Source: a virus
Taxonomy: Duplodnaviria; Heunggongvirae; Uroviricota; Caudoviricetes
DNA length: 64,000 nucleotides
Virus record (IMG/VR): IMGVR_UViG_2565956726_000008
Direction: 5' to 3' (one strand)
Shown here piece after piece: positions 18,049-26,858 of this stretch. The first letter of the stretch is position 1. The number at the start of each line of letters is the position of its first letter. The notes under the pieces are model-generated. The model was given only the letters and a program-made list of their open reading frames with translations. It had not been told where the DNA came from and searched no databases. A program made the translations under genes and the position numbers.

Positions 18049-18770
18049 TGAATCTGGAATCAATTCTTAAATTCCACTTCCCAAAATCACCGCGTTTGTT
18101 AGATGAAAGCCGGGGCACGTCCCCAGACTCGCTTAATACTACTGATGCACTAACCGCAGCAGGTATGGCGCAATCGCGCGTAGAGCTTGGTTATAGCGCT
18201 TTTTTAGGGAAGATGGAACTATCGCAAGCCGAAAAACACAGGGCCGTAGTTTTGCTTACAGAGCGTTTAAGAGCTATGGCAAAAGATTACGAATACGTCA
18301 TGGAGCTGGACGAGGACAAACGCAATGATCTTATTATTCTTGTTGCCGTTTTCGCGTTTCGGGATTACTGCCAGAGTGCCGCGACAGAAAAAACTTGTAT
18401 GGATTGCGGCGGATATAAATTTACGTTTGACGACTACGGAGAAAAACACCTTTGCAAAAAATGCAAGGGGCATGGAAAAGTTCGCAATCATTGTAAACGA
18501 TGCAAGGGGCGCGGCGAGATACCGGATAAAGCAGCCAGTGAAGCAGCGGAAATGCCAGTGTTCAAAACGTGCCAGCATTGCGGCGGGCGCGGGTACTCGC
18601 GTTTCCCTGTAGATCTTGTCCGGCGTGCGGTTAATCAGCTTGTATTTCCGGTAAGCCGATCAACATGGTGGAAAAAATACCGGGTTTTCTATGAAGACGC
18701 CATCGCTGAATTGTTCAAAGAAGAGGCGCGGGCTGATAACGAAATTAAACGAGTGACGCGAGGTGAATGA
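18048..18770 (+). CDS. Q-like late antiterminator candidate with DnaJ-type zinc finger
   Basis: 240 aa; four C-x2-C-x-G-x-G repeats (CMDCGGYKF, CKKCKGHGK, CKRCKGRGE, CQHCGGRGY); sits after ninG-rusA as Q does in lambdoid phages. Confidence 0.45.
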   Translation: MNLESILKFHFPKSPRLLDESRGTSPDSLNTTDALTAAGMAQSRVELGYSAFLGKMELSQAEKHRAVVLLTERLRAMAKDYEYVMELDEDKRNDLIILVAVFAFRDYCQSAATEKTCMDCGGYKFTFDDYGEKHLCKKCKGHGKVRNHCKRCKGRGEIPDKAASEAAEMPVFKTCQHCGGRGYSRFPVDLVRRAVNQLVFPVSRSTWWKKYRVFYEDAIAELFKEEARADNEIKRVTRGE

Positions 18771-19228
18771 TGGATAAACTGGAAATAAACGATCAGTTTG
18801 CTGTTATCTTGTTCGAGGATAAAACAGGCGGTGCATGGTGTAAGAAAGTCACTGGTGCTGAAGCGCGTTTAATATTGGGAATGGCAAGCGCATTAAACGA
18901 TGGCGAATTGCCCGCCGTACCTATTGAGCCTGTTCATATTTATGGGCGGGTAACGACAATGAAGCCTAAATTAAAAGAACATCTTTTTGCAAAACTTGTT
19001 AATGACCTGACGTTATCAGCGCGGTTGTGTGGTGATACACAACAATTACTGGCGTGGATAGCAAGGGATTTGAAAAAATATATTGAGCCTGGCGGGCCTG
19101 GTGACGAAATGACGGTTGATAAGGCCATCGAGCGCCGGACGGCTGAATGGTCAGTAAGTAATACCGGATTAACCGGATACATCGAAGGCTATAACGACTG
19201 TTTACAGGATCATAGCGATGGCAAATAA
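18767..19228 (+). CDS. hypothetical protein (153 aa)
   Basis: ORF overlapping upstream stop. Confidence 0.45.
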   Translation: MMDKLEINDQFAVILFEDKTGGAWCKKVTGAEARLILGMASALNDGELPAVPIEPVHIYGRVTTMKPKLKEHLFAKLVNDLTLSARLCGDTQQLLAWIARDLKKYIEPGGPGDEMTVDKAIERRTAEWSVSNTGLTGYIEGYNDCLQDHSDGK

Positions 19229-19517
19229 ACACTTACATTTGAATTTAAAAGGTGAATACTTCCACGCCATCCGGGCGGGAAAGAAGGTGGAAGAATACCG
19301 GCTTTACAATGAATACTGGCGTAAACGCCTGGAGGGGCGGGAGTACACAAGATTAATCATTAAATGGGGTTATCCATCGGATGATGAGAAAGACCGGATT
19401 ATCGTATTGCCTTACATGGGGTACGAAATCAAGTTGATTCAACATCCACTATTCGGCCCTGATCCGGTGAAGGTATTCGCAATAAAGTGTGATATTTACT
19501 GGCAATACAGATTTTAA
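19218..19517 (+). CDS. hypothetical protein, possibly ASCH/PUA-like (99 aa)
   Basis: ORF; weak by-eye resemblance only. Confidence 0.35.
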   Translation: MANKHLHLNLKGEYFHAIRAGKKVEEYRLYNEYWRKRLEGREYTRLIIKWGYPSDDEKDRIIVLPYMGYEIKLIQHPLFGPDPVKVFAIKCDIYWQYRF

Positions 19518-19530
19518 GGTTTGTTGAGCA

Positions 19531-19746
19531 ATGAAAAAAGCTGGCCTGTCAATTAGCCGCGTATTGTGCGGTGATGAAAACGAGATCCGCATAGAAATTA
19601 AATTTAGCACTGGTAAAGAGATAATTCTTTACACGACACCTGAAAACCTGACGCTGGCGCTTACTGGTAAATCTGAAACGCCGTGCGACGTCCGGTTGCG
19701 CAATATTGAGATCAAGGAAATAGGAAGGGTGAAAAATGAAAAGTAA
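19531..19746 (+). CDS. hypothetical protein (71 aa)
   Basis: ORF in dense array. Confidence 0.35.
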   Translation: MKKAGLSISRVLCGDENEIRIEIKFSTGKEIILYTTPENLTLALTGKSETPCDVRLRNIEIKEIGRVKNEK

Positions 19747-19951
19747 CCGTAAACGCCTGGTAAGGGCGTATGACAAAGCGTTAAAGGCTTTTGATGATCT
19801 GCGACACAATAAGCGCCAGCGCCGCAAATGGGCGCGTATGCTTGTTTATAAGTGGCATTATTTTTATGCTTTTATGGAAAGTGCGCCGCTATTAACACAA
19901 GAACAAGCCGACGAAGTAGCTAACGATAACGTTTATTATATGACGTGGTGA
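19736..19951 (+). CDS. hypothetical protein (71 aa)
   Basis: ORF in dense array. Confidence 0.35.
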   Translation: MKSNRKRLVRAYDKALKAFDDLRHNKRQRRKWARMLVYKWHYFYAFMESAPLLTQEQADEVANDNVYYMTW

Positions 19952-19955
19952 TAAT

Positions 19956-20321
19956 ATGCAAATAATCATTGATTACCTTTGCCACGCTGCAAATACGCTT
20001 TTCGGTTTTTATCAGCAACCATTCCTGAAAGAATGGGACGAAATGCTTAATGACATCCTCGACAAAGGGTTAATAATGGAATTCGGGGAGCTAACAATCA
20101 AATTTAATTACGAAGGCAAAGAATATGACATATGGGTAGGAAACAGATGGTATGCATACGGGCATATTTATTCAATTGGCGGTAAATACATTAAACGAAG
20201 TCAGGAATTTAGACCGCGCTTCCGCACAATGCGACGACTGCATGACCTGCATATGAAGATATTTGGAGATCAGGAGGCACGGGAATTATTCAAAATTTAC
20301 GGGGGTAAATCATGGAGCTAA
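19956..20321 (+). CDS. hypothetical protein (121 aa)
   Basis: ORF in dense array. Confidence 0.4.
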   Translation: MQIIIDYLCHAANTLFGFYQQPFLKEWDEMLNDILDKGLIMEFGELTIKFNYEGKEYDIWVGNRWYAYGHIYSIGGKYIKRSQEFRPRFRTMRRLHDLHMKIFGDQEARELFKIYGGKSWS

Positions 20322-20542
20322 AAATCTGGCAGGCTATCGACGTAGTTGATAATGAATTAACAATGTTTGCCACTGACGGAAAGCGCGTGGTTATCGCTAC
20401 ATGGACGCATAACCATGATGATATTGTTTTTCGTCGCAAGGCTGCGGAGTGGCTTTTCTCTGACAACGGCTACACGATGAATATCATGCAGCTTTCCAGA
20501 ATGAAGGATGAAAAGCTGGTTGATAGTTACACAACTGCATAG
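20312..20542 (+). CDS. hypothetical small protein (76 aa)
   Basis: ORF in dense array. Confidence 0.35.
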   Translation: MELKIWQAIDVVDNELTMFATDGKRVVIATWTHNHDDIVFRRKAAEWLFSDNGYTMNIMQLSRMKDEKLVDSYTTA

Positions 20543-20552
20543 TGGGGCAAAT

Positions 20553-20786
20553 ATGTGTATCTATGAACACAAGCGGGATAAAACCCGCTTTTTTGTTCGT
20601 GCTGGCGTGGCTTACCAGTATCACGACTGCGGATATATCGAGGCGCTTGCTTACGATCTGGACTTCGAACAAGAAAAAGAATGGTTCGATTTCAAAATTT
20701 ACCGGAAGCGTAAACCGACGCGCGACGAGCGACACGCTATCCGGGACTTTTTAATCAGCATAGACCGCTGGGAGACAGAGGAATGA
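20553..20786 (+). CDS. hypothetical protein (77 aa)
   Basis: ATG at 20553 after upstream stop. Confidence 0.35.
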   Translation: MCIYEHKRDKTRFFVRAGVAYQYHDCGYIEALAYDLDFEQEKEWFDFKIYRKRKPTRDERHAIRDFLISIDRWETEE

Positions 20787-21070
20787 GAGCGAAGAAAACA
20801 GCAGATCAGAAAGCGTTAGTTATCACTACAACTGATGTGTCGTTATTCACGAAGGGTGAAGAAATAGATCTTAAATTACTTTTCGGCATGTTTGAGCCAC
20901 ACGAAAAGCCGTGGTTCGTGCATGAAGACAAACAGGGAAATATGCGCGTAGTAGTGCCGGACAAAAACAGCGACATATTTTTTGCTATTCCAGACCCGTT
21001 ACATGACGGTGAATTGCTGGCGGTATTGTTGATCGCTGATGCTGTTACTTATAAAGGGAAAGAAATATGA
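20783..21070 (+). CDS. hypothetical protein (95 aa)
   Basis: ORF in dense array. Confidence 0.4.
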   Translation: MRAKKTADQKALVITTTDVSLFTKGEEIDLKLLFGMFEPHEKPWFVHEDKQGNMRVVVPDKNSDIFFAIPDPLHDGELLAVLLIADAVTYKGKEI

Positions 21071-21294
21071 AAGTTAAATTCTTGCACAATCACGGCTACC
21101 CATCATTAAAACGCGTGGTAGGGGAAACGGTAGACGTTGTTCATTCTGATGATGTGACCTGCGTCATTTTGGGTAAAGACCTTATCGCTCACGGTGCTGA
21201 TGATTACTACATTAACCCGGCGTGGTCATATACGTTTAGCCTGGGCGACTTCGTAGGCGATAAGGGGCGCGGCTTGCAAGTAGTCGAGGGTTAA
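21067..21294 (+). CDS. hypothetical small protein (75 aa)
   Basis: ORF in dense array. Confidence 0.35.
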   Translation: MKVKFLHNHGYPSLKRVVGETVDVVHSDDVTCVILGKDLIAHGADDYYINPAWSYTFSLGDFVGDKGRGLQVVEG

Positions 21295-21298
21295 TATC

Positions 21299-21514
21299 AT
21301 GGACGTTTACGAAGATTTATACCTTCAAACAAATACCAGCACTTTTTATTTTTTGAAAAACGGCGTCGTATATCGCAGCGATGACGGGGTAATAATGAAA
21401 GAGTGGCTATTTAAACGCAAAGACCTACTTGATGACCTGGTTTTTGCCGGGATATTCCGTAAACGTCCGGCTAACCTGGAAGAAGAAATGCTGATCGACG
21501 AGGTATTAAAATGA
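21299..21514 (+). CDS. hypothetical small protein (71 aa)
   Basis: ORF in dense array. Confidence 0.35.
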   Translation: MDVYEDLYLQTNTSTFYFLKNGVVYRSDDGVIMKEWLFKRKDLLDDLVFAGIFRKRPANLEEEMLIDEVLK

Positions 21515-21762
21515 AAATCAAGGTAAGTTATTTCAGGGCGAAAGATAAGGCCACTGGACGGATGATGGCTATTCTGGTTAACGAAGCGAATTATATGTTC
21601 TTCCTTCAACCGTGGTGCATTGCCGATCTTAATGACGATTATCGCCGCCACGCTGCGCGTAGTGCTGTAGGCATGAAAGGCTGGCAGCCGCGCGACATGG
21701 AAAACTATAGCGAGTGGAAATTGGTGGTAAAATACACGGTCGATTATAAAGGGGTTTTCTGA
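21511..21762 (+). CDS. hypothetical protein (83 aa)
   Basis: ORF in dense array. Confidence 0.4.
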   Translation: MKIKVSYFRAKDKATGRMMAILVNEANYMFFLQPWCIADLNDDYRRHAARSAVGMKGWQPRDMENYSEWKLVVKYTVDYKGVF

Positions 21763-21986
21763 TGTTTGTAAAATGTATAAAGTCTCGTTTCCCTAATCTT
21801 TTTGTGGTTGATGAGATTTACGACATAGAAACGCTAATAAGCAGAACTAACGATATTCAGTACATTTATGATGAAGATGGCGATCCGTGGTTTTTTTATA
21901 ACGATCTCAATGGTAGCGGATTCGTTGATGGCGTTGGCGGTAATGGTGTGCCAGTTGCGCTATTTATAAATGCAAATAAGGAATGA
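21762..21986 (+). CDS. small protein, paralog family (G-x-I-Y ... DD-x-G-x-W)
   Basis: 74 aa; EIYDIE...YIYDEDGDPWFFY shared pattern. Confidence 0.45.
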   Translation: MFVKCIKSRFPNLFVVDEIYDIETLISRTNDIQYIYDEDGDPWFFYNDLNGSGFVDGVGGNGVPVALFINANKE

Positions 21987-22198
21987 ATATCATGTATGTT
22001 AGATGCACTGAATCAAAATCATCATGCTTTGAGGTTGGCGGAATATATACCGTAGCTCACCTGACTGGTGATGAACTTAACACCCAATACATTAAAGACG
22101 ACCACGGAGACGCGTGGCGCTATTGGGATTGTTACGCACGGGGACACGTTACCAGTCATTTCGGTATGGAAGCGATCGTGCGTTTTGTTAAATGGTAA
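21983..22198 (+). CDS. small protein, paralog family
   Basis: 71 aa; GGIYTVAHL...YIKDDHGDAWRYW. Confidence 0.45.
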   Translation: MNIMYVRCTESKSSCFEVGGIYTVAHLTGDELNTQYIKDDHGDAWRYWDCYARGHVTSHFGMEAIVRFVKW

Positions 22199-22207
22199 GG
22201 GGTAAGC

Positions 22208-22465
22208 ATGAAGCATTTATATTTTGAGGTATTGCAGACGCGAGACCGCAATATTTTTGAAGAAGGGAAGATCTATTGCGGCGTTCAACTCCACGGCGCA
22301 CCGGGCGGTGATGGTGCAATGGCGATAACTGGCGATGATGATAAGGTTTATTTCGCTTATGTTAGCCATATCAATAACGCCGCTGGTCTGTATATTTATC
22401 GCATAGTGCATGATTTCCGTGAGATCGCGGAGTTTTGCGCCCGCGAAGGCAGTAAACCGGAATAA
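22208..22465 (+). CDS. small protein, paralog family
   Basis: 85 aa; GKIYCGVQL...ITGDDDKVYFAY. Confidence 0.45.
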   Translation: MKHLYFEVLQTRDRNIFEEGKIYCGVQLHGAPGGDGAMAITGDDDKVYFAYVSHINNAAGLYIYRIVHDFREIAEFCAREGSKPE

Positions 22466-22475
22466 GTGAGGGGTT

Positions 22476-22715
22476 ATGAACCGGAACCATAGATACCAGT
22501 GCACATACTCACTATGCAGCGCGTTTTTTAAGAATGGCAAGATCTACGAAGTCGGCGCGGCATTGGTTGATGCAAAGGATCAGGAATATATTCACGCCAT
22601 TACTGACGACCAGGGCCGGTTATGGCGCTTTTATAAAATGGGGTACGGTACGGCGCTTGTTTATGCGCGTAATAGTAGTGGTGCTTTTGCTGCATTTTCA
22701 TATGTCGGGGCGTAA
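22476..22715 (+). CDS. small protein, paralog family
   Basis: 79 aa; GKIYEVGAAL...ITDDQGRLWRFY. Confidence 0.45.
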   Translation: MNRNHRYQCTYSLCSAFFKNGKIYEVGAALVDAKDQEYIHAITDDQGRLWRFYKMGYGTALVYARNSSGAFAAFSYVGA

Positions 22716-22717
22716 AA

Positions 22718-22933
22718 ATGATTTTAACGTGTCACGGATCTGATCTTGATTGTTTCGAAGACGGTTGTCAGTACGAAGCGGAAAAGCCAGGCGGATTACC
22801 GAAAAAACCGTTTTTAGTCGTTACAGACACTTACGGTCACTTATGGTATGCAGCGCCCAGCAAGGCGCGTGGCTGGTGGCTGATTCAGAATGAAGATCGC
22901 GAGGTTGTAGTGGCCCTCAGGCAGGACGAATAA
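22718..22933 (+). CDS. small protein, paralog family (divergent)
   Basis: 71 aa; FLVVTDTYGHLWYA. Confidence 0.4.
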   Translation: MILTCHGSDLDCFEDGCQYEAEKPGGLPKKPFLVVTDTYGHLWYAAPSKARGWWLIQNEDREVVVALRQDE

Positions 22934-22956
22934 AAAGCGTGATCTACCCCGCAAAG

Positions 22957-22999
22957 TTTACAAAATGGCATTGTTTCAGCAGTGCCATTTTGTTATAAA
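22957..22999. repeat. Intergenic palindrome TTTACAAAATGGCA-N12-TGCCATTTTGTTATAAA
   Basis: Near-perfect inverted repeat in the 100-bp gap between small-ORF arrays. Confidence 0.7.
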
Positions 23000-23034
23000 G
23001 AAGCTGAAGAGAGAACGATGCGGAGGGTAGAAAA

Positions 23035-23313
23035 ATGAAACGCTGGATTAACAAAGAAGTCGAATCTCGCTTAAACGCATTTTGGGAGATGGTGGAGAAA
23101 GAAGACCCAGCACACGCTGCAAGCCCTTACCTGAACAACATCGAATATCACTACATTGCAGCAAACAACGCGGAGTTCGAAGAAGAAGGTGGAGCCGACA
23201 AGTTCGCACAAAGCAACGCATTCAACAACGCAAACGAAATGATGATGGCAGTCATCGAACAGGCAGAGGAAGACTACGAATGCAAATCACTTGAATTTGC
23301 ACGCATGGCATAA
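23035..23313 (+). CDS. hypothetical acidic protein (92 aa)
   Basis: ORF with ggag RBS downstream of palindrome. Confidence 0.4.
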   Translation: MKRWINKEVESRLNAFWEMVEKEDPAHAASPYLNNIEYHYIAANNAEFEEEGGADKFAQSNAFNNANEMMMAVIEQAEEDYECKSLEFARMA

Positions 23314-23322
23314 GGGGGAACC

Positions 23323-23463
23323 ATGAACGCTAACGCTAAATATCCGGCCTGGGTTTTCGAACTATACGCCCGCTACTTTGAAGTATTGGCACCAGGTGAA
23401 GAAGCATTAAGCATTGACGAATACGCGGAGTGCTTAGGATTTAGAGGAGGAGAAGAAGAATAA
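23323..23463 (+). CDS. small hypothetical protein (46 aa)
   Basis: ATG with aaggggga RBS. Confidence 0.3.
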   Translation: MNANAKYPAWVFELYARYFEVLAPGEEALSIDEYAECLGFRGGEEE

Positions 23464-23502
23464 ACACGGGGCAGAATGGCCCCATCAAACGGAGTAGAAA
23501 TT

Positions 23503-23757
23503 ATGGTTGTGATCAGACTATGGCGCGGAGTTAGTAGGCTTGATGGCACATACAGCCGTGTAATTGAGGTTGTTAACAATAGTAGGTTTTATGAACTGGA
23601 ATACAGCGAAAAAAGGGAGAATGAATATTTGAGCGAATCGACCCCTATGTGGTGCAAAGTGGCTGGCCTTTCTTCACTTATGCGTTGCGGGTTTTATACA
23701 GATTATAACACGCTAACAGATGCCGAACTGGTGGCAACTCTTTACGGAGGAGAATAA
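23503..23757 (+). CDS. hypothetical protein (84 aa)
   Basis: ATG at 23503 with ggag RBS. Confidence 0.4.
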   Translation: MVVIRLWRGVSRLDGTYSRVIEVVNNSRFYELEYSEKRENEYLSESTPMWCKVAGLSSLMRCGFYTDYNTLTDAELVATLYGGE

Positions 23758-23760
23758 ACA

Positions 23761-24084
23761 ATGACTAAATTTATCAGTGTTAAAGTTTTCCGTGGCACTA
23801 TTCCAGAAAGTGAAAAATACGGCGAATTTAGTGGAATGCCTGGCGCATGTTTCCGTGTAGCTACAGAAGACGATAACCGTGTTAAATGTTTCCACATATC
23901 AGAACCGCCTTTCGATCCAGAACATCTTAAACATCCAGGTAAAATTAAAACGCTTATTTTCGCTTTTCTGACGATTAATTCTTACCCTGATCTTGAGGTT
24001 GATTTAGTCGGCGCGGAACTGGTCGCAGAATACAAAATAACCCCGGCAGAAAGCGGAGATTCTGAAATTGAGCGCATCAAATAA
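23761..24084 (+). CDS. hypothetical protein (107 aa)
   Basis: ORF in dense array. Confidence 0.4.
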   Translation: MTKFISVKVFRGTIPESEKYGEFSGMPGACFRVATEDDNRVKCFHISEPPFDPEHLKHPGKIKTLIFAFLTINSYPDLEVDLVGAELVAEYKITPAESGDSEIERIK

Positions 24085-24319
24085 ACCTTACAAAATCCGG
24101 TGTAAAGTGGAATATCCTGGCTTTACGACTGGATGCGAATACCTGGGCCATATGGGGTATGGCCCGTTCGGCGAGTTAGGAATGAATACGATTGACGACG
24201 ACGGCGACAACAGGACGCTTGATCTTGATAGCGATGATTTCGAATACATCCCGCCAGTCACTTACCGCGTCGTCGATGATTTCCTGGCTGAACATGAAGA
24301 CGAGGATGATGATGATTGA
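24068..24319 (+). CDS. hypothetical acidic protein (83 aa)
   Basis: ORF; acidic C-terminus EDEDDDD. Confidence 0.4.
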   Translation: MSASNKPYKIRCKVEYPGFTTGCEYLGHMGYGPFGELGMNTIDDDGDNRTLDLDSDDFEYIPPVTYRVVDDFLAEHEDEDDDD

Positions 24320-24512
24320 ATGCCTTATCGCTGTGATTGTTTTGCTTTATATCGCTGGCGCGATCCTGATGTCATGTTTTATTAAGTTTAGCGGCGCTGA
24401 ACCTGGTGGCCTTGAGATTCCTTTTTGGCCTGTGACTGTGTTTATCGCTTTCTTCGATGCAACGCTAGTGCAGATTAAGCGAGCCATTAAGGAGCGTAAA
24501 AATGGGAAATAG
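24306..24512 (+). CDS. small membrane protein (about 68 aa, 2 TM)
   Basis: Hydrophobic translation IECLIAVIVLLYIAGAILMSCFI ... WPVTVFIAFF. Confidence 0.4.
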   Translation: MMMIECLIAVIVLLYIAGAILMSCFIKFSGAEPGGLEIPFWPVTVFIAFFDATLVQIKRAIKERKNGK

Positions 24513-24726
24513 CGACCATCAATATGACGGCGTTTATCAGTCATTGGTGTCACGCGCTTATTATCGCCTTGAAGGTGAACACGTAATGATGCGATCACGC
24601 CAGTTTGAACTGTGGCATGAAACGGTTTTACCTGTGACAGCGAAAGAAGTTATCACGATGTTTAATCACGGACATTGGAGCAAGATTGGCGATATTAAGT
24701 TCAGGATGTTTAAAGAGGGCGATTAA
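24502..24726 (+). CDS. small protein, paralog family (divergent)
   Basis: 74 aa. Confidence 0.35.
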   Translation: MGNSDHQYDGVYQSLVSRAYYRLEGEHVMMRSRQFELWHETVLPVTAKEVITMFNHGHWSKIGDIKFRMFKEGD

Positions 24727-24909
24727 ATGATTGAAGATGGTATATACGCCGTGAACCTCATTGATGAAATGTTTTACCGCGTGGAGGGTAATGATATTCG
24801 TATCAGTATCGATGGTGGCGAGTGGAAAGAGCCATTCATGGATATGACGCGGGAAATAATTGAAATCATGCTTTATAACGGCGACGTGGTGAAGGTTAGC
24901 GACCTGTGA
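24727..24909 (+). CDS. small protein, paralog family
   Basis: 60 aa; DGIYAVNLIDEMFYRVEGNDIRI. Confidence 0.4.
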   Translation: MIEDGIYAVNLIDEMFYRVEGNDIRISIDGGEWKEPFMDMTREIIEIMLYNGDVVKVSDL

Positions 24910-25082
24910 ACGAGATCGAAGACGGCATCTATTTGCATAAGGTATTTAACATCGTCTATTTACTTAAAGGTAATAAGGTGATGATAAGACCTGATGACGA
25001 TCCACATTGGGAATCAAGCGGCATGGATCGCGAACACATGCAAACATTGCTTGATAATGGCCTGATATACAGAAAGCAGTAA
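24906..25082 (+). CDS. small protein, paralog family (GTG start)
   Basis: 58 aa; EDGIYLHKVF ... PDDDPHWE. Confidence 0.35.
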   Translation: MNEIEDGIYLHKVFNIVYLLKGNKVMIRPDDDPHWESSGMDREHMQTLLDNGLIYRKQ

Positions 25083-25104
25083 AGCCGTATTTGTTGGGGG
25101 TAAT

Positions 25105-25332
25105 ATGGAAGAAAGGGTTTTGCTGTCATCAATATGGCATCGGTTCGGAAGTGAAAAAGGTTACTCACCTGCTTGCTGGCTGGATAGTAAAAGCGGAAAG
25201 GAGTATCAAAACGAGTGCGAATTTAGAAGGGAGTGGCGAGGCGGTAAGGAAGTGCAAGGATATTTTGCACCAAAACACGTTGCCGTCAAATACAAAGAAT
25301 GGCTTGTTCGTTTGCTTGGACCTTATCGTTAA
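25105..25332 (+). CDS. hypothetical protein (75 aa)
   Basis: ORF with RBS; last gene before lysis cassette. Confidence 0.4.
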   Translation: MEERVLLSSIWHRFGSEKGYSPACWLDSKSGKEYQNECEFRREWRGGKEVQGYFAPKHVAVKYKEWLVRLLGPYR

Positions 25333-25340
25333 CGCCGTAT

Positions 25341-25369
25341 TTGTAGAGCGCAAACAAACAGATTAAAAT
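25341..25369 (+). promoter_or_regulatory. candidate sigma70-type promoter upstream of lysis cassette
   Basis: TTGTAG-17 nt-TAAAAT; followed within about 30 nt by a terminator-like hairpin. Confidence 0.3.
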
Positions 25370-25397
25370 ATTTCCTAACAATGCGAAATTGTAATTA

Positions 25398-25419
25398 CCC
25401 GGCCCCGCGCCGGGTTTTT
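25398..25419 (+). terminator. hairpin plus T-run immediately upstream of holin gene
   Basis: cccggc-cccgc-gccggg followed by ttttt. Confidence 0.45.
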
Positions 25420-25439
25420 GCTTTGTTGGAGGAAAATCT

Positions 25440-25640
25440 ATGTTCGACAGAATACGGGAGGCGTGTGCGTATGTGACTGGGGCCGTAACTGCTTTTTTCG
25501 GCGCGATAACCATCAATGACATCGCTGTTTTCGTTGGTATCTTATCAACCGTAGGCACATTTGCCGTTAATTATTACTTCAAATCACAGGAGAACAAGCG
25601 GGCGCAAGAGGAACACGACGCGCGAATGGGGAACAAGTAA
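25440..25640 (+). CDS. holin, pinholin (S21)-like
   Basis: 66 aa; two hydrophobic segments then basic tail; NYYFK resembles S21 pinholin; directly precedes a SAR endolysin. Confidence 0.65.
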   Translation: MFDRIREACAYVTGAVTAFFGAITINDIAVFVGILSTVGTFAVNYYFKSQENKRAQEEHDARMGNK

Positions 25641-26132
25641 ATGATTAGCCAATCGCTAAAGAATAAGATTATTGCTGCGGCGGCTGGTGGGGCTATCGCT
25701 ATTGCGGCGGTGATGATAAAAGATCTTGAGGGTGTGGAGTACAAGCCATACAGAGATGTCATCGGTGTTTACACGATATGTTATGGACACGTCGGAAAAG
25801 ACATCATGCTGGGTAAGACTTACACGCAATCAGAATGCGATGCTTTGTTGAACAAAGATCTTCATAAAACCGCAAAAGCGATTGACCCCTACATTAAAGT
25901 CGAAATATCAGATTTTACCCGCGCTGCGCTTTATTCATTCGCCTATAACGTAGGCGCTACCAACTTCAAAACATCAACCTTATTGAAGCTACTCAATGAC
26001 GGCAAGAAATCAGAAGCGTGCGCACAGCTTAAACGCTGGATTTATGCTGGCGGTAAGCAGTGGCAAGGGTTAATAAACCGCCGTGATGTTGAATATGCCG
26101 TTTGCGAATGGGGTGAAACATGGAAAAGGTGA
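25641..26132 (+). CDS. SAR endolysin (GH24 lysozyme)
   Basis: 163 aa; N-terminal signal-anchor-release segment [17 protein letters not shown], catalytic E...D...T region [21 protein letters not shown]. Confidence 0.85.
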   Translation: MISQSLKNKIIAAAAGGAIAIAAVMIKDLEGVEYKPYRDVIGVYTICYGHVGKDIMLGKTYTQSECDALLNKDLHKTAKAIDPYIKVEISDFTRAALYSFAYNVGATNFKTSTLLKLLNDGKKSEACAQLKRWIYAGGKQWQGLINRRDVEYAVCEWGETWKR

Positions 26133-26590
26133 AGACGTTAATTATCGCCGCCATTGTTTGTATTGTTGTTGGGCTTGTTGCCGCGCTTAGTCATTGCCAG
26201 TCAGTGATAAACACAATGCAAAGCGAGCTAACGACCACGCAAGGCGCACTAAAAACAGCGAGTAACACTATTCAGCAGATGAAGGAGCGAAACGCCGAAC
26301 TGTCAAAACTTGATAAGAGGTATCACGATGAAATTAAAGCTATCAGATCTGACATTGCCGATCTGCGCACTGGTATTGATAGCGGCGCTATCCGGTTGCA
26401 CGTCAACGCCGAACCAGTGCGATTGCTCGACAATACCGGAACCGCCAGCCGCATTGATGGAGCCACCTGTAGACTCACTCCAGACGCTGAATCGGCTTAT
26501 CTATCCCTCAGAGAACAATTAAAAGAAAAAGACGCGAAGATCACCGGATTGCAGGACTACATCAATACGCAGTGCTTACGCAAAGAATAA
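26120..26590 (+). CDS. Rz-type i-spanin
   Basis: 156 aa; N-terminal TM helix, coiled-coil periplasmic domain; contains embedded out-of-frame lipoprotein ORF. Confidence 0.7.
   Translation: MEKVKTLIIAAIVCIVVGLVAALSHCQSVINTMQSELTTTQGALKTASNTIQQMKERNAELSKLDKRYHDEIKAIRSDIADLRTGIDSGAIRLHVNAEPVRLLDNTGTASRIDGATCRLTPDAESAYLSLREQLKEKDAKITGLQDYINTQCLRKE
26328..26522 (+). CDS. Rz1-type o-spanin (lipoprotein) embedded in Rz
   Basis: 64 aa in +1 frame; own RBS agaggt; lipobox LSGC; Pro-rich mature region. Confidence 0.6.
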   Translation: MKLKLSDLTLPICALVLIAALSGCTSTPNQCDCSTIPEPPAALMEPPVDSLQTLNRLIYPSENN

Positions 26591-26858
26591 CAGCGCGTGG
26601 ACGTGTCGCCGTTTCCGCCAGCCAGCCATAACCGGGACAATCCTTCCCGCGAGCGACGGCGGAAATTCAAAAACACGTAATACCGGATCAACAGTCCCAT
26701 TAACAGGTCGGGCGCTACCTGGGTAGAAGAAAGCGCCATTCACCAATTTTATAAAATTCTGGAAACGGTACTGATGAAGCGCCGTTCTCAGTGTTTTATG
26801 TCATTCCTGCCGCTGTATAAACAGGAAGTAAAAGCAAACCAGACAGGAGATTATTCTG

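Noticed and set aside
18048-25440. Shiga toxin or other recognisable toxin genes at the Q to lysis junction
   Set aside because: None of the ORFs between the Q-like gene and the holin shows an A/B toxin signature or signal peptides of the expected type; only small proteins of unknown function are present
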